Source: Candidatus Heimdallarchaeota archaeon
Lineage (GTDB): Archaea; Asgardarchaeota; Heimdallarchaeia; Heimdallarchaeales; Heimdallarchaeaceae
NCBI GenBank assembly: GCA_016839945.1
Contig: JAEOTE010000156.1
Coordinates: forward strand, 1 to 14,195
Length of the DNA stretch: 14,195 nt
Reading direction: 5' to 3'
Positions 9,168 to 14,195 of the stretch are shown piece after piece; the stretch's first letter is position 1; each line of letters starts with the position of its first letter. Made by a program: the position numbers and the translations under genes. The notes below the pieces were generated by a model that was not told the DNA's origin, did no database searches, and was given only the letters and a program-made list of their open reading frames with translations.

Positions 9168-9668
9168 GTGATTGATCTTCAGGAATTCATTTCATACCTT
9201 TCCGATCATGATTTCACTCTTTCTTCAGGTGTTCCTTGTTCTTATTTCAAGGATCTGTTAATCAACTTAGAAAAAGATCCTGATATCTACTATGTCCCAG
9301 CTACTCGTGAAGATGAAGCTGTTGGTATAGCTTCTGGCTATTTCTTAGGAGATGGCAAGAAAAGCTTCCTTATCATGCAAAATTCCGGTTTAGCTAATAT
9401 TGGAGATGCTCTAACCTCACTAGCTCAATTGTACAAGATCCCTATATTATTATTTGTAAGTTATAGAGGATTAGAACCCGACAATGATTTCCCTGAGCAT
9501 TCAATCATGGGTGAAGTTACAGAAAGTGTACTTGAAGCATATAAAGTTCCATATTGGAATCTTGAAGAAAGTAATTGGATAAAAACTCTTGATTTAGCCA
9601 TTAATAAAATGGATAAGACTTCATTACCTGTGTGCTTACTTGTAGAAAAAGGAGTGCTAAGCGAATGA
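9168..9668 (+). CDS. comD: Sulfopyruvate/phosphonopyruvate decarboxylase alpha subunit (ComD-like, ThDP N-terminal domain)
   Basis: GVPCS, PATREDEAVGIASG, MQNSGLAN, IPILLFVSYRG and IMG motifs. Substrate is not resolved from sequence. Confidence 0.78.
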   Translation: MIDLQEFISYLSDHDFTLSSGVPCSYFKDLLINLEKDPDIYYVPATREDEAVGIASGYFLGDGKKSFLIMQNSGLANIGDALTSLAQLYKIPILLFVSYRGLEPDNDFPEHSIMGEVTESVLEAYKVPYWNLEESNWIKTLDLAINKMDKTSLPVCLLVEKGVLSE

Positions 9669-10231
9669 AAGGTGCTGAAGTAATTTCCAAGCTGAATAAT
9701 GTTCTTTCTGGAGAGGAATTGATTGTCAGTTCCAATGGCAATGTTAGTCGTCAAGCATTCCATTTACTCCCTCAACCTCAGCTCTACCTTAGAGGTAGTA
9801 TGGGTCTTCCTGTTCCTGTAGGTTTAGGTTTAGCTATAGCATTACCAGGAAAAGACATTATCGTTTTGACGGGAGATGGAAATTTCTTAATGGGATTGAG
9901 TTCCATGGCAACTGTAGCTTTTCTTAAACCACTGAATCTCAAAATCATCATTTTGGATAATGAACTTTATTCAACTACAGGAGGACAAGAAACAGTCTCT
10001 TCTAACATGGGTTATTTGGAACTTGTTTTGGGGATGGGTGTTCAAAACATCAATTCGATAGATTCCATAGAAAAAGAAGATGTTATAGAGAAGATTCTTT
10101 CCGATACAATAAAAGATCCAGGTCTGCAAGTTTTACATATAAAGGTTGAAGAAGATACTATTAACTTGGAGAACATTCCCTGGCATCCAGTTGAGATCAA
10201 AGAACGATTCTTGAAACAACTAGACATTTAG
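9665..10231 (+). CDS. comE: Sulfopyruvate/phosphonopyruvate decarboxylase beta subunit (ComE-like, ThDP C-terminal domain)
   Basis: ATGA overlap with the comD stop (ATG 9665). GSMG, GLGLAIA, GDGNFLM...ILDN (ThDP motif) and TGGQET are present. Confidence 0.78.
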   Translation: MKGAEVISKLNNVLSGEELIVSSNGNVSRQAFHLLPQPQLYLRGSMGLPVPVGLGLAIALPGKDIIVLTGDGNFLMGLSSMATVAFLKPLNLKIIILDNELYSTTGGQETVSSNMGYLELVLGMGVQNINSIDSIEKEDVIEKILSDTIKDPGLQVLHIKVEEDTINLENIPWHPVEIKERFLKQLDI

Positions 10232-10250
10232 ATTTAGTTGGAAGGTAGAA

Positions 10251-10258
10251 CTTAAATA
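10251..10258 (+). promoter_or_regulatory. TATA box for a probably leaderless MoaD/SAMP transcript
   Basis: CTTAAATA ends 23 bp before ATG 10281, the expected spacing if transcription starts at the ATG. No SD is visible. Confidence 0.5.
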
Positions 10259-10280
10259 TTTTTTAACATAGAAATAATCA

Positions 10281-10562
10281 ATGAAGATCAATGTTCAATG
10301 CTTTGGACAAGTAAGATCAATAACAAAAGAAGCGATTGTGTCTATAGATATTCCAGATAAAATTTCTATTGTTAAAGCGTTAGATATTTTTGTTCAAAGT
10401 TTTGGGGAAGAAATGGAAAAAATCCTCTATAGTGATGGAAAGCTTAGAAAATTCTATTTCATTCAAGTGGATAAGAAAAATGTAGAACATGAAGAATTAG
10501 ATGATTTTATTCTCGAAGATGCTCAAACAGTATCTATTATTCCTTTTGTAGCAGGTGGATAA
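10281..10562 (+). CDS. MoaD/ThiS/SAMP-family ubiquitin-like sulfur carrier
   Basis: 93 aa, MKINVQCFG start, C-terminal VSIIPFVAGG di-glycine. Confidence 0.92.
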   Translation: MKINVQCFGQVRSITKEAIVSIDIPDKISIVKALDIFVQSFGEEMEKILYSDGKLRKFYFIQVDKKNVEHEELDDFILEDAQTVSIIPFVAGG

Positions 10563-10577
10563 ATTTTCTACAAGATA

Positions 10578-10657
10578 TAAATAAAAGAAGATGGAGGGAA
10601 GCTAGCAAAAAAATGATAGTGGGTGGATAATAATTATGAAGACTTTTGGCTAGCTTC
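10578..10657 (-). ncRNA. Candidate ~80-nt sRNA (or bidirectional terminator hairpin)
   Basis: Stem 10598-10611 / 10644-10657 (13 of 14 pairs; GAAGCTAGC/GCTAGCTTC). TTTATATA on the - strand at 10686-10679 puts a TSS at about the first base of the stem. Pyrimidine/U-rich 3' tail. Confidence 0.4.
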
Positions 10658-10716
10658 AAAGGATTGGTTATATGAAAGTATATAAACTCAACAATTTTCA
10701 AAGGTTATTTTCAAAA

Positions 10717-11082
10717 TTAAGCATAAGGATTTATTTCTGAATACTTTCGGATTATTTCCTTCTTTTCTTTGATATCTTCCTCTTTATGTTCTATATCACA
10801 AACATTTTTCTCTTTTAGTTCTCCTTCTTCGAAAACTGTTACTTTAGCTAATTGAATGAAGTTCTCATCATCAACAAAAATCTTCCCTGTTGCCTTTAAA
10901 TCTTCGATACCAAGAAGTATACGTTGATAATCTGTTAGAAGGTTATTATCATGCTTTATTAAATCGAATAGATCATCTATTTTGATCTTTCCTTTTTCTT
11001 TTAGAATCTTCTCTAAATTGGTCTTAAAGGATTCTTTTGCCGCTCTTTGCACTTCTTTCGTATCGCCCCAAACTATTGCCAT
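10717..11082 (-). CDS. Hypothetical protein, possible winged-helix domain
   Basis: LEKILKEKGKIKIDDLFDLI...ILLGIEDLKATGKIFVDDENFIQL fits a helix-strand-helix-helix-wing pattern; charged tail. Confidence 0.7.
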   Translation of the reverse strand: MAIVWGDTKEVQRAAKESFKTNLEKILKEKGKIKIDDLFDLIKHDNNLLTDYQRILLGIEDLKATGKIFVDDENFIQLAKVTVFEEGELKEKNVCDIEHKEEDIKEKKEIIRKYSEINPYA

Positions 11083-11203
11083 GCCAAATCAAACAAAAAG
11101 AGAGTTAAGACTATTTAAACAAAAAAGAGAGGTCAGTGAAAGTATTATAATAATGAAAAAGAAACTGAAATCAAGAAATGAAGTGATTTGTTTTACAGTC
11201 TTC

Positions 11204-12145
11204 TTATCTCTTTCTTTTTTCCTTTCTTCTTTGTTTTTCCCTCTTTAACCTTTCTTTCTTATATTTCTTTAACATGAGTTTGTCTAATTGTTCATCTGTT
11301 AAATTTGGAGGATTTAATAGAGGTTCAGGATTTTCTATTAATTCTTTAAAAAGCTCAATTGTTGGACCAGTATAGATTCCTGGTGCTATTCTATCATCTA
11401 TAGTTACCTTTAATTCCATTATTTTGCGAATATCAACCTTTTCAGTTTCTTCATCTATAACTTGAATTTTACGTATTTTTCCTAATGTTATTAAAACACC
11501 TGTTGTTCCAAATTCAAAGAGATGATGATATACTGCTGGAATTCCTATTGAACCCAAATGAGCAATGAATGCAGTAGAAAACATTGGTATATCTTTGGTA
11601 AGTGCATAAATTGGTATGTTGTGTTCATCTGTCCATCTCATGAACCAGAACATGAATCTAATAACAAACCTAGGCATTGCTCCCCAGAATTTAATATCTT
11701 TTTCATTTGGGTTTACTCCATGTCTAGCTTCGTAGAGATGTTCATTTACAATATTCTGGACTGTTTCCAATGTATCAAAGGGATCAAACTCAATCATGGC
11801 GTTTATTTCTTCCCCATCTTCTGATTTTTCTTTATTGACAACAAAAGAAATAATAATCTGATTTCGTTGCCATAATCTCCTTCCAGATACGAAACGGTTA
11901 ATTTTAGGACGTAAAGCTGATGTTCTAACACCTGCTGCTAGATATATCTGAAATAGTGTTAATTTATCTTCTTCATTCTTACCGTTGTTGTATTTTTCTA
12001 GGAATTTGTATGTATTAGTAAGATCCACCTGTGTTTTGTAGAAAATTTCACTTGATGATTTCCTAGGCATTATGTAAAATTCCATTTCATGAAATTTTGA
12101 GGTTTTAACCAATTCTGCATCAGGTCTTCTTGGCATGTTTTTCAC
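11204..12145 (-). CDS. Stand-alone 2-oxoacid dehydrogenase E2-like acyltransferase catalytic domain (no lipoyl domain)
   Basis: RPKINRFVSGRRLWQRN, STAFIAHLGSIG, VYHHLFEFGT, ITLGKI and TIDDRIAPG (at the DHRxxDG position). Start is GTG 12145 or ATG 12136. Confidence 0.85.
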   Translation of the reverse strand: MKNMPRRPDAELVKTSKFHEMEFYIMPRKSSSEIFYKTQVDLTNTYKFLEKYNNGKNEEDKLTLFQIYLAAGVRTSALRPKINRFVSGRRLWQRNQIIISFVVNKEKSEDGEEINAMIEFDPFDTLETVQNIVNEHLYEARHGVNPNEKDIKFWGAMPRFVIRFMFWFMRWTDEHNIPIYALTKDIPMFSTAFIAHLGSIGIPAVYHHLFEFGTTGVLITLGKIRKIQVIDEETEKVDIRKIMELKVTIDDRIAPGIYTGPTIELFKELIENPEPLLNPPNLTDEQLDKLMLKKYKKERLKREKQRRKEKRKR

Positions 12146-12566
12146 ATCTGCTTTGATAAATAAAGTACTTCTGTATGATTTATGGTTGTTTTTAACTTTT
12201 TCCAGAAAAATGAATTTTTTTGAATAATATATTCAATATAATCAAAATCTGATAGTGCGTACTAAGTTTTATTGTAATTAAGATCAATCCTATTTGTAGA
12301 ATTTTATCAATTTTTCACAATTGATTTTTAAAATAGCGCTTAAATCTCTTGTTTTTAGGTTTTAAAAACTTAAGCTTTTTTTTATATAAATAAGAAATTG
12401 GGATTAAAATAAAATATATTTAGCTTAAATAATATTTTTTTGAAAATAAAAAAGTTTTAGCTATAAATTTTATTATATTAAAGAAAAAAAAATTGAGGTA
12501 AAAATTGCCGAAATATTGCCCAGATGATACCAAAAAACATACGTGTACAGTATAAGGAGAATATAT

Positions 12567-12582
12567 AGATTCTTAAGAATCT
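12567..12582. promoter_or_regulatory. Perfect 16-bp palindrome, candidate operator
   Basis: AGATTCTTAAGAATCT. Confidence 0.45.
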
Positions 12583-12665
12583 TACCGACATAAAAAATTG
12601 ATCCAAGAAAAAAGTGAAATTTTCACCGCTTGTAGCTTAAGTTTTTAGGAGTTTCAAGAGGTAAA

Positions 12666-12710
12666 TGTTACAATTTTCCAGATTTTCTCTTCTGGTGGAA
12701 AAAAGTAACA
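12666..12710. promoter_or_regulatory. Long inverted repeat abutting the BRE/TATA of the peptide gene, candidate operator
   Basis: TGTTAC-aa-TTTTCCA (12666-12680), N15, TGGAAAA-aa-GTAACA (12696-12710); 13 of 15 positions complementary. Confidence 0.5.
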
Positions 12711-12713
12711 ATA

Positions 12714-12763
12714 TTTAAATAGAAGATGAAAAAGTGTAATCTTGAGCTTTATTGGCTGGTGGA
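12714..12763 (+). promoter_or_regulatory. TATA box (TTTAAATA 12714-12721), predicted TSS about 12744, and SD (GGTGGA 12758-12763) of the repeat-peptide gene
   Basis: Canonical archaeal spacing; the SD lies 8 nt before ATG 12772. Confidence 0.6.
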
Positions 12764-12771
12764 TAATAGAA

Positions 12772-13002
12772 ATGAAAAGTAAAACTAAGAAATTACTTGG
12801 CGTATTATTTGTAGTATCATTTATTGGAATAACAGCAAGTGTGATCGCTTGTGCAGGTCCAACAGGTGGATATCCTGATGAACCCTTAGGTCATACTGCA
12901 GGTCCAACAGGTGGATATCCTGATGAACCCTTAGGTCATACTGCAGGTCCAGACGGGGGATATCCAGACGAACCGATTAGTCATACTCGAATATATGTAT
13001 AA
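12772..13002 (+). CDS. 76-aa secreted precursor peptide with three tandem 15-aa cores
   Basis: MKSKTKKLLGVLFVVSFIGITASVIAC + AGPTGGYPDEPLGHT x2 + AGPDGGYPDEPISHT + RIYV. Good SD and TATA. Copy 3 carries four synonymous codon changes, which supports coding status. Confidence 0.85.
   Translation: MKSKTKKLLGVLFVVSFIGITASVIACAGPTGGYPDEPLGHTAGPTGGYPDEPLGHTAGPDGGYPDEPISHTRIYV
12852..12986 (+). repeat. 3 x 45-bp tandem repeat (coding)
   Basis: 12852-12896 and 12897-12941 are identical; 12942-12986 is diverged. Confidence 0.97.
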
Positions 13003-13045
13003 TGTGTAAAAAAATTCATGCTGACGTGAAATAATCGCCAGAAAA

Positions 13046-13400
13046 ACCCCACCCCTTTCCTCGGCGAGAGAAGGAAACCTGGGGCGTCTTAGAGAGGTCA
13101 TAGACGCCCATTAGGTTTTCATAAGGGGTGATATCCACAAGCAAATAGAACTCAAGCAAGGGGTAAAAAACGGGTCAAACCGAAAAAAAACTTTCGAGGT
13201 CTATAACTGAGAGAAATCCTACGAAGGCAGAAATCCTTGGGGATTTTTCATAGAGATCTTGTACAGAGTTCGCTACGTTGAATCTACGTGCAGGTTCTCC
13301 TGATCGAATTCTGTACGCTTGATCTCTTTGTCAGTTTATCTATCTTGACCCTACAATCTATCTATCCACCAACCAACCATAGAAATATGGGGGTCAAAAA
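13046..13400 (+). ncRNA. Large structured non-coding RNA / cis-regulatory leader of unrecognised family
   Basis: At least 10 nested helices found by eye, e.g. 13050-57/13123-30, 13073-81/13112-20, 13082-89/13102-09, 13172-78/13345-51, 13205-10/13331-36, 13252-58/13321-27, 13261-72/13305-16. G-U pairs work only on the + strand. Visibly GC-richer than other intergenic DNA here. Confidence 0.7.
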
Positions 13401-13401
13401 A

Positions 13402-14195
13402 ATGGAAAAACTTGAAAACATGACAAATTCAGACAAAAGAATACTGCAAATCTTGCAGAATTATCCACTAGAACCTTTTTCTTCAATGGCAAAGAGAGTG
13501 GAAATTTCTCCACAAACAATGATTCGAAGAGTAGAGAATCTAAAGAGTCGCAATATACTTCGCAATGCTATAGCCTCTTTCGTCCCTGAACGTATTGGTC
13601 TTACTAGATTTAGCGTTATTTTTGATATTTCTCAACTCCACCAGTTTACGCTTTTACAAAACGCTATTTCTGAACACAATTACATACGTGCATACAATCG
13701 ATTTTATGGCGAAAAGTTTGGCATACAAGCAAATTTCGATGTCCCAATGAATGTAAATGGAGTATTCACAAAATTCTTAGATTACTTAGTAAACGAAGAA
13801 TTCTGTGATGGTTATACCATATTCAAATCTAAAGGTCATCGTTTTTCTAAGCCAGCACCTATAACTATCTACAGTCAAGATCCAGAACCTTTTGATATCA
13901 TTTCATTCTGGCAAAAAAGAGTTAAAGCCAATTCTGAATTAAATGGTGTTAGAAGCGCTGTGACTGTTAAAAACGGAGAAATCATTATTGTGACTGATGA
14001 AGGAGAAAAACCCATTGAACCTTTACATCTAAGACTACTTCGAGATCTAACACGAGAAACTGCAAATGGACATAGGATTGGAATTCGCACACAACAAACA
14101 GAGCTAATTAATAACTACAGAGATCTGTATAAAAGCTTAGGTAAGAAAATAAGACTTACACCTTCAGAAGAGCACTTATTCAACAACCTTAGCGA
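13402..14195 (+). CDS. Lrp/AsnC-family winged-helix transcriptional regulator, probably tandem-domain (partial, more than 264 aa)
   Basis: Hand translation is open to the window end: MEKLENMTNSDKRILQILQNYPLEPFSSMAKRVEISPQTMIRRVENLKSRNILRNAIASFVPERIGL (Lrp HTH + linker), a RAM-like domain, then a second helix-1-like segment PIEPLHLRLLRDL. SD GGGGGT at 13389-13394. Alternative in-frame ATG at 13387. Confidence 0.88.
   Translation, partial: MEKLENMTNSDKRILQILQNYPLEPFSSMAKRVEISPQTMIRRVENLKSRNILRNAIASFVPERIGLTRFSVIFDISQLHQFTLLQNAISEHNYIRAYNRFYGEKFGIQANFDVPMNVNGVFTKFLDYLVNEEFCDGYTIFKSKGHRFSKPAPITIYSQDPEPFDIISFWQKRVKANSELNGVRSAVTVKNGEIIIVTDEGEKPIEPLHLRLLRDLTRETANGHRIGIRTQQTELINNYRDLYKSLGKKIRLTPSEEHLFNNLS

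Noticed and set aside
9168-10231. Evidence of methanogenesis or a complete coenzyme M pathway
   Set aside because: Only a ComDE-like pair is present, and the family also includes phosphonopyruvate decarboxylases and catabolic enzymes.
10636-10653. Mini-ORF MKTFG after a GGTGG SD-like sequence on +
   Set aside because: Five codons with no independent support. It cannot be fully excluded as an alternative explanation for the SD-like match.
10598-10657. C/D box sRNA
   Set aside because: ATGATAG and ATGAAGA resemble C boxes, but there is no CTGA D box on either strand inside the stem.
9461-11824. ORFs 9461..9763 (-), 10042..10227 (-), 10982..11248 (+) and 11558..11824 (+)
   Set aside because: Antisense shadows of comDE, the 121-aa gene and the E2-like gene.
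12742-12771. TTG start for the repeat peptide (86 aa)
   Set aside because: It lies at or before the predicted TSS. ATG 12772 has an SD and gives a canonical signal peptide.
12852-12986. CRISPR array
   Set aside because: The 45-bp units are head-to-tail with no unique spacers, stay in frame and show synonymous divergence. No cas genes are present.
12752-13376. MITE or IS bounded by terminal inverted repeats
   Set aside because: The inverted match is imperfect, occurs twice (sites A and B) and coincides with the leader/SD. No target-site duplication or transposase is visible. RNA pairing explains it better.
13046-13400. RNase P RNA, SRP RNA, tRNA, hammerhead ribozyme or group II intron
   Set aside because: GAAGGAAACC and ACAGAGTTCGCTAC loosely recall RNase P CR-I/CR-V but cannot form P4. 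There is no SRP helix-8 motif, cloverleaf, CUGANGA core or domain V hairpin. A cmscan would be the definitive test.
13875-14090. 71-aa - ORF
   Set aside because: Antisense to the Lrp-like regulator reading frame.

Overview
AT-rich archaeal chromosomal window, most likely Asgard (Heimdallarchaeia-like). This is inferred from a Rab-like small GTPase, secreted proteins with a C-terminal TM+RRR anchor, archaeal TATA boxes and GGTG-type RBSs. Bases 1-12145 hold ordinary genes: UPF0282 MBL hydrolase, membrane proteins, a TlpA-like redoxin, an NDP-sugar pyrophosphorylase, two tandem paralogous surface proteins, TrmO, the Rab-like GTPase, a ComDE-like ThDP decarboxylase, a MoaD/SAMP protein and a stand-alone E2-like acyltransferase domain. 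The unusual part is 12567-14195, in four pieces. (1) A palindrome-rich promoter. (2) A 76-aa signal-peptide precursor carrying three tandem 15-aa cores (AGPTGGYPDEPLGHT). (3) About 350 nt of extensively base-paired non-coding sequence, with two segments complementary to the peptide's 5' leader/SD and a segment that can pair either internally or with the next gene's SD. (4) A tandem Lrp/AsnC-type regulator, truncated by the window end and missing from the ORF track. A candidate ~80-nt sRNA at 10578-10657 (-) is also complementary to the peptide's SD/start. Together these suggest an undescribed peptide-signalling / RNA-switch module. The function is inferred, not shown.
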